DNA of 63,484 nucleotides, the filler included, from Sluysia triapertura (Eukaryota): the NCBI GenBank assembly GCA_046118255.1. It is 5 parts of 5 records of this genome, joined end to end, with 100 filler letters (N's around TTAATTAATTAA, not from the genome) between each part and the next. Parts side by side here need not be neighbours in the genome. Positions count along the whole stretch, not along the records: positions 26,197 to 38,493 come from JBJNIA010122416.1; positions 38,594 to 52,302 come from JBJNIA010023843.1; 3 more parts are not named here. The stretch is one strand, 5' to 3'. Position numbers and translations under genes: made by a program. The notes under the pieces are model-generated. The model did no database searches. It was given only the letters and a program-made list of their open reading frames with translations, and was not told the origin of the DNA. Of the stretch, positions 27,571 to 40,549 are shown piece after piece (within the stretch, counting starts at the first letter, position 1; the number at the start of each line of letters is the position of its first letter).

Positions 27571-29689
27571 TTGCTGGGTGTTTTTCTTTATAAAAGAACT
27601 TAACTCGCAGCAAAATAAATTCTTATTTTGAGTCCGTTTACAGTTTACGACTTACTGTACCTGTAAAATTTACGTGAAAACAATTCTACAGATTAACTAT
27701 ATAAAAATACTCCTTGCCTTGACTTAAACAAAAATCGTCGATTGTGTTAACCAATAACTGAATAACTTATAAAATATAAGGATATCAACCACCAACGCGG
27801 GTGTCTGTATTTAAGACTATGTAAGAATAAGATTAATAATATTGGTATAAAAACATATTACTCTTATTTTTAAAACTTCAATTATTTATTAAGTCTTACT
27901 ATAATAATCGTGAATTTTTCACGTGATATTTTATATAAACTGTCAATAAAAGTTAGTTTTTCGATTCTCTAAAGAATTAATGAGTTTACAGTGTAATCAA
28001 AGTACTTCAATAAGAAATTTATCTAATTTTGAATTTCCTGCAATATGAAGAAGGTAAGGTTGACTTATGTTACAAATTTAATGTAAAAATTACAATAAGT
28101 TAAAACTCAATAATGACTAAATTTTATTATACTACAAATTTAATAAACTTAATAAATTAAAATTTATAAAATGAGAACACAAATAACTTAAATTGAATAA
28201 TAAGAAGTATAATAACAATATTAAATTAATTATAATAAAAGGTCTAGCCCGAAGATTCTACCTATTGATAAATATTTTATAACTGACCTTAAGAACCAAC
28301 TAAAAAACGATGATTTTAGATTTTCAAATGATTTTATGAATGATTTTAATGACCAACCGAAAATAGTTATTTTACGTGAATATTTAAATCTAGCGAGTTT
28401 TCAATCTCTATGAAACAAACTTAGTGATTCAGTTAATAAATTAATTGAATAATAAATTGCAGGATATTATGCTGCTTGATGATTGATTAGCTTCGTGACT
28501 TCTGGAGTACAGAGAATAACCAAAAAACAGTGGACGGATTGATAATTTTTGAATTAATGGCGTTTCTTACAAAAATTATGGCTTCTTCAATTTGAAATTT
28601 TCATACAAATGGCGCCTTAACAATGGCGTCTGTACTCCTTTGCTTTTCTTTATATACGAATAAAGACACGTCTATTAAAATTACATCGTTAAAACACTTC
28701 CTTGTCTGGAACATTCTTTTAAATTCTTTTTAAATTATAATTTATTTTTTAATTTTTTATAATTTATAATTTTTAAATAATAATAATAATAATTTTATTT
28801 TTAGCATTTTTAATACTATTTTACCATTTTTGAAAATATTCAATCCAATAAAAATAAAAATTTTTTTTACACCTTTACATAAGTAATATTTGAAAAATTG
28901 AATTAATAATTTAAACAATGCAATTTGAATATGTTTAACATATTTTGTAAAAACTATTATAAATTACTTAATTGTATTATATTTAAATCCTTTGGACGAG
29001 CTCTTATTTGTGTAAGACTCGGATCACAGATGAATTCTTAAATGAAAATTGTAAAACCAATTATGGCTGGAGGTTTCGCACAGAGAATCACATCATAATT
29101 CGGATATCTTGGATATAAAATAGAATAAGAATATTATTAGTAATAGTTAAGTTAAGTTAATAAGTTTTATTTACGATAAGTTTAAGTTTATGAAATTTTA
29201 AATTTTAATGTTTATATTGTAAGTTTTATTTGTAAACCCTATTGTTTTAGGTTTTCTTTAAGTAATTAATCTTAAGTTGTAATTTTTATCACGTTTTATT
29301 AGTAATGTTTCACTAGCACTTTAAGTTTCAAAGTGATTAATTTGTTTGAATTAAATATTTGCTATTTTCATCTATATTTAAATTAAGTTTTACATTAACC
29401 GATAATAATTAATTAGTCTTTGTGATTCCTGAGCATAAAAAGAAATGACATTAAAAGATTTTAAGGAAATATTTAAAAACGAAGGAGTATAGATGCATCT
29501 CGTAATAATAGTATTAGTAGATGATGGTTTATTTGAAAGTCTTAAGATTAACATTTTCAAATCGTATTATATAAATATGGCCGTATATTCATTTATGATT
29601 ACGATAATATTGAATGACGTCTTTTTATTTACTATAATTATTATTTATTTTCATTATTATTATTGATCATTGATCATTTATTCAGAAAT

Positions 29690-30690
29690 GCAAAGTTATA
29701 ATGAATAATGGGACAGCAATAGAAACAGGATCAGAAGGTTCTGGAGTTTTAAATTATGATTTAATAATTCTCGTTGAATCTGAGAATTGTTCTTCCAACA
29801 TTCTTGCTCAAGCTGCTGCATGTGCATTGGAAAAAGAACTGGATAGGTTGTCACTTTCTTTGTATTGTCAAAATATTTCATTTGAAATAACTTCTTTAAT
29901 TACAAATTTGTAAAAATCCAAACCATTTTAAAGGTAAGTCGCTCGTAATATAAATTGACATCGTTTCTACGAAAATTACAATCACTTTTATTATTTATGT
30001 CTTCGTAACGATTCCACACTTTCCATTTGGGTTCCGCTTCTAAATTGAATAAACTTGTTTTAGAATGTCACATATCCATTGTTTGAAGTATTCATAAAAT
30101 TTTAAACAAACGATTCTAGGAAAAACTTCATTTTGTAATCTCTGCACGTCTTCTGATTGAAAATAGCGTCGTCACAAACTTCAGTATTCAAAATTTCTGA
30201 ATAATGTGTATCTTTAACAGAGTCATCGATTTCAACATTGACTTACTACCAAATCCATGAATGTATTTTGTTTTTGATGATGATAACGAAAAGTTTCTTC
30301 TTTGTGCTTCTTTTGTTGAATTTGCTGTGAAGCTCTCTATTGTTGGTTCTCATTGAAACACGGAATTGTTTCAGGATCCATGTTATGTCAACCATGGAAT
30401 CTTTTGTAAATTCTTCAAGTGATCTAATTTGTACACTTATCTACTTTATTATTGAGTCTAACAATGACACACTGATTTATAAACGATGTTCGAATACTTA
30501 GTCGCATTAAATCCGATGGCGTCGTTTCAAATTTAGCAGCAAAACTTTCAATCGAATCATTAGAGTGGACTGCATAACGAGTAGAGCTTTCATCATCAAA
30601 TAGCAACGAATTTTTCTTACCATAATTTTTTCGTAATGTTGTAGGAAATTTCGGAGTTCTTATAGAATCATTAATGATGGAATTAGAACA
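29690..30690 (-). pseudogene. OXR1/NCOA7-like LysM-domain gene fragment, decayed
   Basis: RYAVHSNDSIESFAAKFETTPSDLMRL matches the OXR1-type LysM pattern. Downstream frames are broken by stops and frameshifts. Confidence 0.55.
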
Positions 30691-32232
30691 TACTGAAAGA
30701 TTTTTATGTTAAATTAAAACTTAATCTTACAAAATAAACTGAAAGTCAAGTCTACCTAATAAGCACGATTTATATCATAGTAGAAGACGTGTTATTAGGG
30801 TTTACAATAAGTTCCAAAAAAATAGTTAAATTAGTCATTTATGTAGCTCAAATTAAAAAGTATTTTAATATGGGTTAAACTAATCATTTTATAATCTAAT
30901 ATATATAAACAATTTAAAATAGCCTTTGTGTATACTTTTATTATTTTTATTTATTTTAATCATAACAAATAAATAATCTTACAAAGTTATTAATTAAAAT
31001 TTTTTATTTACACAAAAATTATAATAATGAATTTTAAACAATACTTAAGGAGTTTGTAATAATAAAAAATTTAATTAAAATATTAATCCAGCCTTTTACG
31101 GTACAGAATAAAAGGCTTTATTCGATAAAATAAAAAAGTACAATTACTAATTAATTTAATTATAAATTGTATAATGTAATAATTTTGTGAGAAATGTTTG
31201 TGACTGATAAAATAATATTTCATCAGTATTGACAATGGTGAAATGTTAGGAAACCTGGCGACGTAGATAACTTAAATATAAAATAAAATTTATGCACGTT
31301 GTAATGCCTAAGTATAATTAAAGTATATATTAAATTAATTCTCAGGAAGATACCAACTCAGATACGTTCTTGAAATCACTGAGCGACGTAGGCTTGGCAT
31401 ATAACGTATCATATGGTATTTGATTAGTTTTATCTTTATTATAAGTTGATAAATTATGTTAATAACTGAATATTAATGTAATAATGTTGATAAGATAAAG
31501 GAAATGTTTAAAACAGATTGTCGGAGACTGACGAAAATTACTGTTGAAATTTAATTGTTAAAATTGATCGGCCTATGACCGACTAAAAAGAATGAATAAT
31601 TTTATAATTATTTCCATTTTTCCAATTTTGATTACTCTACTGTCATAAAATCAGAACAAGAATAGCTGAACTAAAGAAAAAACGTGGTATCCAAAACTGC
31701 CTCAACACATTTGTGATGATTACCGTGATCGAGGACTTATTTTCTGAAATTTGATTAAACTCTACAAAAAGCAGTCTTATTGTTAATATTGGTCGCTTAT
31801 TCTTGTTTTGTTGGTTTTAATACGGACGTCAACATTTATTGTGTTATGTCATCCCTGGATTTTACAGATTCGGTGACTTATAATTATTGAATTTATATAG
31901 AGTATATTGCAAAAAAGAACAGTTGAATTTATATAGAACAGATGAGTTTACACATTTGACTGTATTGTTATAATCGATACTTTATTGTAATAATTGATAA
32001 TATATTGAGATTTATAATTTAAATTTGTAATTGATAATTTATTGTGATATTTGAGAATATATTGAGCTTTCGTACTAATTTAATTATTAAGTTATTTTTG
32101 AATAGACGCAACATTATTTTATTTTTATTTTAATGATTAACAATTTTATTTTACAAAGTGAAACGGATATGTCAAAGTGTTTTTCATCTTCGATCAGATC
32201 TAGAATTATTAAAATCGTTAGACTTCATAAAA

Positions 32233-32372
32233 TTGACCGACCGGGGATCGAACCCGGGACCCTAGCTGCGCAGTTCGAATGCTCTACCACTGAGCTATCA
32301 GCCCGTCTAACGATTTTATTTTATTATAGTCAATTTTACCTAATGGCACTTTTAGGCCTTTTTACCCCAACA
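32233..32372 (-). repeat. tRNA-containing dispersed repeat (tRNA-like part 32233-32304)
   Basis: A box TAGCTCAGTGG and B box GGTTCGATCC. The anticodon stem does not pair. Confidence 0.8.
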
Positions 32373-33835
32373 AAAATCTTATTCAAATAGTTATTAAGAG
32401 ATCCCAAATAAAGATATGAATAAATATTATTTTTATAATTTCATTATGTACCACAATAATTCAAATAATCAATAATTTCAGTATTTCATTATAATAACTA
32501 TATGTAGACCTATTCTCGGGGTTTTAAGACTGTGTTCGGGAAATTTCGCTATTAAAACAAACTACGACTACGAAATTAGAGTAGTAGTGCATCAAATGTT
32601 ACACATTTTGGTTAGTGTGTCTTATTTTTATAAAATATATAATTTATAATGTCATAATTTTACAACATTTAATATTTGGCATCATATTTTTAACAAAATA
32701 TTTATTTTAGTTGGATATTCATTCATTCATTAATTTTATTTTAATTAGGGATTCTCTGTTAGTCAGTATGCTTTCTATCGCGACGAACAAGGCATTCCAT
32801 ACGTGCCTCGAAACGATTTCAACCTTCCCAGTTTAGGTGTTCACAGTGATGGGTTAGTTTGCTCATTTATATTGCACATTATTGATTCTATTAGCTGTGT
32901 TGTGTTTCTTGTGTCCCATAATTTGAATTTTATACCTTCACTCACAAAACACAAATATAAACAGCCATCCATTAAAAGTAAAATTCATAAAATGAATGAG
33001 AAAACATATAAAAACAAATATAGGATAAATCGAGTTTGAACTACAAGATATCTACGAAAAACTGTGCCATTAATGTCTTCAATACTTCATCAATTAACGA
33101 ATTCAATGCTAACTACGAATATACTTTCAATATATATTATAACGTACAATTTGTGGAGCTGCAAACATTTTATGGCCACAAACGTAAATGAACAAGTATA
33201 AAAATTGAATAAAAGCTACAAATAATTCTTAGTTATGACAAAATATGTGTTTTTATTTTGAAATAAACAAACAGAAATGACAAAGCGAATAACTTCATAC
33301 AATTTAGACTTGGCGGCAAATTGAGTTACTGACATGGTCAAAAATTTTAAAATATCTCATCAATACCCTTATTCAAAGATGAATTAATTCGGAAAATTAT
33401 CTCAGAATAATTTACGTTTTCCTCTATTTCTAATTCAATAAGAATAAGAATTTGTTTTTTACACGGACTAGTATTGTACAACCAGCATTTAGATAACGTT
33501 TTACATTTTTATTTACATATAGCATAATATGCCATACGATTGTAGAAGTAATTAAATATAACTGTGATATAAAATTTATATTTGTGTAAAGTTAACGCAT
33601 GGTTGTAGAGTGAGCAAGACTAATTGATAAACTAATTAGTAATAAACGCCATGTTTTATTATCCCAAAATACAGTATAAATCGTGATGCATCACTGAAAT
33701 AAAATATCTGTGAAGTAGACACAGTCATGCAAAACTATTTGTTTCAACTTTGTACTTGCGTCTCTGAATTTCTATAATGACTTAATAAAGTTAAAATAAA
33801 TAATATATTGAAATAGTATTCCGTTAGTCATATAT

Positions 33836-34730
33836 GACATGCTTTATTTAACATAAGTATTACTTTGTACTGATAGTTTCTATAAATATTCAATAATAAC
33901 GGTTTTGAAATTCAAAATATAAATTAAACTTCAATTGATAGTTCATTCCATTCTATCCATGCTTTATTTGGCATAATTTGAACTTTATATTGATAGTTTG
34001 GAAATCCAAATTGTAAGTTTAATTTTGAAGTTTCTCTTTATCTGAAATTGATAGTTCGATTATATTTGATATACTTTATTTAACATAATTCATATTTTTA
34101 CTGATAGAATGATATGAGCCCTAGAAATTTGAGTGTATGATCACTATTAAAAAATGATTCAGTGCATATATAGTTTGGAAATCCAAATTATCTGAAATTG
34201 ATAGTTCATTCATATTTGACATGCTTTATTTAACATAATTCATACTTTGTACTGATATTTTGGAAATCCAAATTATAAAGTGTATCTTTATTTGAAATTG
34301 ATATTTGACATGCTTTTTTAACATAATTCATACTTTGTACTGATATTTTGGAAATCCAAATTATAAAGTGTATCTTTATTTGAAATTGATAGTTCATTTA
34401 TATTTGACATGCTTTATTTAACATAATTCATACTTTGTACTGATATTTTGGAAATCCAAATTATAAAGTATATCTTTATCTGAAATTGATATTTGTCACG
34501 CTTTATTTAACATAATTTTGGAAATCCAAATTATAAAGTATATCTTTATCTGAAATTGATAGTTCATTTATATTTGACATGCTTTATTTAACATAATTCA
34601 TACTTTAAACTGATATTTTGGAAATCCAAATTGATAGTTTCTATAAATATTCACTAATGACAACTTGGAAATCCAATCTTAGTAAAATTAATTTTAAAGT
34701 ATTTCATTATTTGAAATTGCTAATTCATTT
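33836..34730. repeat. Degenerate tandem repeat (satellite), ~90-100 bp unit, about 8 copies
   Basis: Recurring GACATGCTTTATTTAACATAATTCATACTTTGTACTGATATTTTGGAAATCCAAATTATAAAG...TGAAATTGATAGTTCATT. Confidence 0.9.
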
Positions 34731-35352
34731 TAAGACCCTAATTATTGATTACTTGAATTGATTATTTTATATTCTTTATTTATTTCATCAAATAAAAACT
34801 GATTTAAAAAATCTATTCTTGTGTACGAATATTTTTTAAACAATGTTTTCAATATTTAATCATTCATGTTATGCATCTTTTAATAAAATATTTTCTACAC
34901 ATACGGAATAAATCGAGTTCGCCTAAAGTGCCTTACTATTAAAGTTACTTAGTATTAATTTAGAATTTAATTATTTCCATGTGCTTTGGTTTTATTATAA
35001 TAATAAATGAATTATTCTAAATCAGTGAGTTCGTTTGTGATCCTAAAGGTACAAACTTATTCGATGAAGTATGAAAGGTCAAAAAAGTTATGAAGAACCA
35101 TTATTTACTGACAGCACTGAATATAGAGAAAATCTTGGGTGTATTACTCTGGCCTTTTTCATTATTTCGATGTGCTCATTCAATATCTCAGTGTGGTGGA
35201 ACGGTATCGCATACGGACGTAACTTAATGGGCTTGTCTGTAGTTTAAAGGAACTTTTGATTTTTGTATAATTTCACTGGATCACATTGGGATTGCATATT
35301 CTGATTAGTCACTTCACTAATACTTCGCGGCAGTAAGATTGAATATTTATAG

Positions 35353-35496
35353 TGTTGGGGCAAAAAGGCCTAAAGTGTCATTTGGTAAAATTGACTATAA
35401 TAAAATAAAATCGTTAGACAGGGCTGATAGCTCAGTGTTAGAGCATCGAATTGCGCAGCTAGAGGTCCCGGGTTCGATCCCCGGTCAGTCCATTTT
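35353..35496 (+). repeat. tRNA-containing dispersed repeat (72-nt pseudo-tRNA 35421-35492 plus TTTT)
   Basis: Acceptor stem GGGCTGA/TCAGTCC, D arm GCTC/GAGC, T arm with GGTTCGATCC and a T4 terminator. The anticodon stem is unpaired. Confidence 0.8.
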
Positions 35497-35869
35497 ACAA
35501 TACTGTAAACGTTTATTGAGATGGGTGAAAGTGAAAAGTGTAGAAAGAATCACAATCACAATCATACCAATGATAAAGCTATTTGTGATGAATAAAGAAA
35601 CAAGAATATGGGAAAATAATGAAGGGAAAAATAAAAATAAAAGAATATAAGAAATAAATAAAAACATTAAATACAAAATGAAAAGAAGAAGAAGGAAATG
35701 AAAATGAAAATGAAAATGAAAATGAAAATGAAAATGTGAAAGATAATATCAGTTATTGTATAATAGATTGATTATTTACAAAGACTTAATTCCTAAAAAC
35801 AAAAGATTAAAGATTAAAAGCACCGAAGGAAGAGGATAAACGAACGAGTTAATTGAGTAAAGTACCAAG

Positions 35870-38270
35870 ATTAAGTCACATAAAACAACAATATTATTTA
35901 TGTGGGATATTGGAAGGAATGGTCCTTGTAGATATTACAAGATTCAATTATACACTGGCGCGCTAAACCAGTAATATCGGCCCTACGGAAGACTAGTTTT
36001 TTCAGAAGGATATCATTTTCAGGATCCCAAGAACCAAGGGCTCCAACTACAAATGTTTCAAGGGATACCTAACATTTCTTACATATAGTCAACGTAAGAA
36101 GAAATCAGGCTTAAACCGCCGTGATTTTTTGGCATAAAAGAAAGAATTGTTTAAATGAAGTTTTTCAATCCTAGGAAGCCCTTGAATCTATGGTTCATTT
36201 TTCGTCATATCCAACAGATTGGGGTAGGTTTTGGGACTGTATTACGTGAGGATTACAAAGGGTTTGGATTATTCAAGTGAAATGGAAGGAGCGAGTGAAT
36301 AAAATTGCGAAGCATAAGAAATTTGTTTTTTGCTATTTAAACTAGAGTCTTTGATTTTTTGTGTCTTTGTTAGGTTCTCCCAAAGAAGTTCACCAAATGG
36401 GACCCCTAGATCGATCACATTTTCACCATCTTTCATATTTACAATTGAAGTGGAAAAATAAACATTTACTATGGCGGAAGATCATACTAGCAGATTTACA
36501 ATGTCGTTGAGCATCTACTAGAGGCGTTTATGCGAAGTAGCAATATCATCTGCATAGGCAAGATAGGGAGGAAATGATATTCTACTAATTGAGATATTCT
36601 ACTAATTCCGTGGAGGTGAACCTACGAAATAAGTAATCAATGGCTGAATAGAAATGAGTCATTGAAATAGGACAACCTTGTTTTACACCACAACTAATTG
36701 GAACAGGATCAGTATTGAGGTTATTGCCTTTTTAACATGTGCTACTATTCTCGTATTGGCTTAGACCCAAGAATGATAAAATGTTCCAGATCAGTTGGTG
36801 AGGGATAGAACCAAAAGCACTGGTTACGTCAAGGAATAAAGCATGGAGTTTAATCTTCCTAGCCTTTTTGTGATTTAGGAATGTAATAATTTCCTGTAGG
36901 GAATGCATCAGGAAGTTATGCTTCGTGCAACCATCAGAAAGTAAATAAGCAGCCTTATGAAAACTGATAAGGTTGCTAGCGTGTATCCAGGAGAGAAGAC
37001 ACTCGTTGATTATCTTGGTAAAAATGAGATATGTGAATCAAGTATAGCAATAGGCTAAACCTCATGCGCAAGGTGAAATTTATTAGGTTTTATTATAAGA
37101 AGGATGGCAAAGTTCTTCCAGACCCGTGTTATTTTTTGGATCGAAATAATTTTATTAAAAAGGAAGCATAAGGTGTATAAGGTGTCAGACAGTGTACGAA
37201 GTTCTGATGGGTCAAAAGAAGGCACAGTACCAGAATGTATTAATCGCATATTTCAATATCTGAAGTTGTAATTGGAGGGCAGGTAGTACTAGTTATTAAT
37301 TGGAATATCTTAGAATGGTTCAGTGTGATATTTTTCAAACTGACATAGGATGTTGGGAAGTTTGATGGAATTAATTTCCTATGTATTAAATCAGAGAATT
37401 CCGAAAAGACTTCATTCTACACAAAGGTCGTTCTTACTAATTTTATTGCAAATGGACACAAGAGAAGATTGTGGGTGTTTAGCTTTCATGTCAGATGGAA
37501 GTTTAATAGATTGAGGAATGACATTATTTCCTTTGTAGCATCTATATCAGTTTAGCTAACATTTGTACATTGGCAATGTTACACATGAAGGGATTGAAAT
37601 TAGTATGAATAATTTGAGTAAGATGGGGAATGAGTTTATGTACAAAATCCTGTTTAGCTAGGTACACTTTTAATATTGTGCATGCGATCATAACATTTTT
37701 AAGAAAGTCACATAGAAAAGAACATGTGATATGGAGAAGAGTGTCAATGATGCTAGAAGTTAGAATCTAAGTTTCCACGAAGTTGGCCTTGATGGAATCA
37801 ATTACTACTGAGTTAGGATCAGAGATGCATGCATGATCGCATTCAGGGATAGCCAGTCTGACTGGTGGGTGGAATCAAGTCGAGTTATTGGCTGCAGTGT
37901 GCGTTACCATATACTGTCGACTATTTGTTGCATACTTGTTGCCTTTAAATCCTATTGTTGATGAGAAGTCGTTTTTGTGGTTTCCTTTCTCTTAGGCCAC
38001 ATAAAGCTGTTCATTTGTCATTGCTGGTAAAAATATATCCCTTCTTTGGTTTCTTATTTCATCTTCCCTCTACATCTCTAAGTAGTTGTCGAATAGATTA
38101 ACCTACACCGTTCTTCGTTTGGGGGTTTAAAAGGTTTTAGTGCTACATATCTATGTAGGTAATTTGTGATGTTAAAAGATTGAAACCAGTTTGTATGTTT
38201 TATAATGTTTACAAGTTGATTCGATGTTCTAGGTTTGACTACAGTACTCAGTTAACAATTATTCATCAGT
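35870..38270 (-). mobile_element. Decayed non-LTR retrotransposon RT region (R2/NeSL/R4-like)
   Basis: Minus-strand DGCTKHNFLM, LFLDVTSAFGSIPH (~36800-36840), GVKQGCPIS (~36670), LAYADD (~36550) and LGVP. Many stops. No endonuclease domain recognised. Confidence 0.85.
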
Positions 38271-38644
38271 GTATTAGTTAGACCGATTGAATGAAAGGTT
38301 AAAGTTTCATTTAATTATAAAGGTTCTAATATTTATCTATATTATAATGTGTAATAATAATAATAATAATAATAATAATATATTAATTTATATTGCGCTC
38401 ATATCTACCGCGAAAGGCGCTTATGGTATATCATTCACCATAGTATTTCTGAAACAGAAAAAACTTTGCTTTTTTCTTAAATATTTCATAATCNNNNNNN
38501 NNNNNNNNNNNNNNNNNNNNNNNNNNNNNNNNNNNNNTTAATTAATTAANNNNNNNNNNNNNNNNNNNNNNNNNNNNNNNNNNNNNNNNNNNNATCATTC
38601 GTGACTTAGAACTTCCGTTTGGTTGGCTCAAGGGGATTATTAAT

Positions 38645-39145
38645 CTTTCCAATAATAATCTCATAGCCTATTCGACCGACAACGCGATTTTGAGAGGAAG
38701 GCAGACTTTTATAATATGTGTAACAAAAATGGCAGCAATAATTTTAATTCCTTAAATAATAAAAATATATATGCACAATACTTACCTATACATGTGTTCA
38801 CTATTAGTCGACGAAGCTATCATAATTAAAACTATTAAAAATAATAGTCTTATTAATTAATAATCTTGAGTTTCTCCCAAAGTGAATATGTAAAATAATG
38901 TCCATAATGTATAACATATAGTAAACATAAACAATAATAATGTAACCTTACTTATTAACTTATATTCTGTCAAGGAGCTTATTTTACCTAATGAATTATT
39001 ATTTAATGTTGTAGTAAAAATGTGACAAGGTTTTGTTGTAGTACTTGAAATAATTGTACGATTATTAAGAGACTGGTAAAATTTTTCGATAATAGATTTA
39101 CTTCCAGTGTCTACCAAAGAAAGTGTTATCAACATGGGTCTATTA
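38645..39145 (-). pseudogene. Retropepsin domain 3, partly deleted or rearranged
   Basis: NRPMLITLSLVDTGSKSII, with a YEIIIGK motif at ~38650-38670. Confidence 0.55.
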
Positions 39146-39724
39146 GCATAACGCAGACCTTGTGAAATTTGTAGTGTACGGCTTTATACGGCTTGAGATA
39201 GATACAATGAATTAATATTGAATGTCGAGGAATTTTCATCATAGGATTTATTATCCAATATTGCTTGTAAAAATTTTTAAGTATAAATTTTGTTCGAAAT
39301 CGTAATGCATTTCTAGTATTTCTCATTTATTCAACATCAACTATACATTTGGAACCTGTAATTCTAATACAAAGTAGCAAAATTAAGAAAAGTAATTTTA
39401 ATACAGAGAGTGATTTTATCCTGAATGTAGTAACTGTACTGCACGTTGAAAACAAATTACATTCGGATGATCGGGCTCAATTCCGGAAGAAACTGATGTT
39501 ACGTCTGTGTTATCTGTATTATCGAATGAAGATTCGGATGTCAAGTCTGGTTTAGGAAAAACTGGTGGATTCCTATGATGTGGAGTAATGTGTGGTGCAA
39601 TAAAATCATATACTACGACTTGTTGGATTTGGTTGAAAGTCTACAGACGGAAGAACCACGAGGTAAAATTTATGAGCCTACTGTTAGTTTCATAAATCCG
39701 TCTCTGCTATGAATTACTACATCT

Positions 39725-39975
39725 TCTAAATGTTTGATTACATCTAAACCTACAATTATTTCATAATGACATTTATCCCATACCAGTATTAGAACATAAA
39801 CATTCGTATCTAAGATCGTAATTTGACATTGAAATACCCCATTTACGTCATTGGGAGTATTGTTGACACTATAGACAGTACTGGTTGATGCATCAATGCG
39901 ATTTCTAAGGTAGTCAACATATTGTAATTAACGATAGAATTACATGCGTCAGTGTCAATAATAGCTCTTATCCAT
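39725..39975 (-). pseudogene. Retropepsin domain 2
   Basis: IRAIIDTDACNSIV... then, after a frameshift, CHYEIIVGLDVIKHL. Confidence 0.75.
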
Positions 39976-40089
39976 GTTTAATTTATCTGAGCGGTTTGTG
40001 TTGCATGCTTAATTAAATTTAATTTCAGTGAAGAATTTAATATCATTACTTGTTTGTCAGTATGTGATTTATATCTATCTTTTAATATA

Positions 40090-40385
40090 ACATTGTCAAA
40101 GTCGAAAATAAAACCTTTAAGCTCTTATAATACATCTATTTCTATATCATCGGGGCAATCTCTCAACACTTAATTTTGTTTCAAATTTATTTTTGCCTAA
40201 TTCACATTGAACTTTTATTACTCCTACTATTTTTGTAGTATCTCATGTCACACCTGCGAAATTAGAAACATGGTCAACTAAATTCTTAAGTACCTCATTT
40301 ACCAAGGAGGCTGCCGCTTCTGTGTCGATTAATGATGAAATAACTCGACCATTAATTCTAATTTCAACCAATGGTCGTTTCGCAC
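40090..40385 (-). pseudogene. Retropepsin domain 1
   Basis: KRPLVEIRINGRVISSLIDTEAAASLVN...IVGVIKVQCELG (DTG changed to DTE). Confidence 0.8.
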
Positions 40386-40549
40386 CATAATAATTGTTGT
40401 TTGCACAAATAATATAAACTACATTCTTTGGTGGTGACGTTGGAGGAATTGGATATAAAAGATTTTTTTGTTTTTAGGTTCTTTATTTTCTTCAATATCT
40501 TCTATGTTTCCATCCTTGATTTCGTTATTTTGATTCATATTTGTGTTTT

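Noticed and set aside
31346-31415. CBP bromodomain exon
   Set aside because: Only a faint resemblance, and it is on a different contig from CBP.
33836-34730. CRISPR-like array
   Set aside because: The whole unit repeats with no unique spacers, there are no cas genes, and the context is eukaryotic.
35421-35492. Functional tRNA gene
   Set aside because: The anticodon stem cannot pair, and divergent copies share flanks, indicating a repeat.
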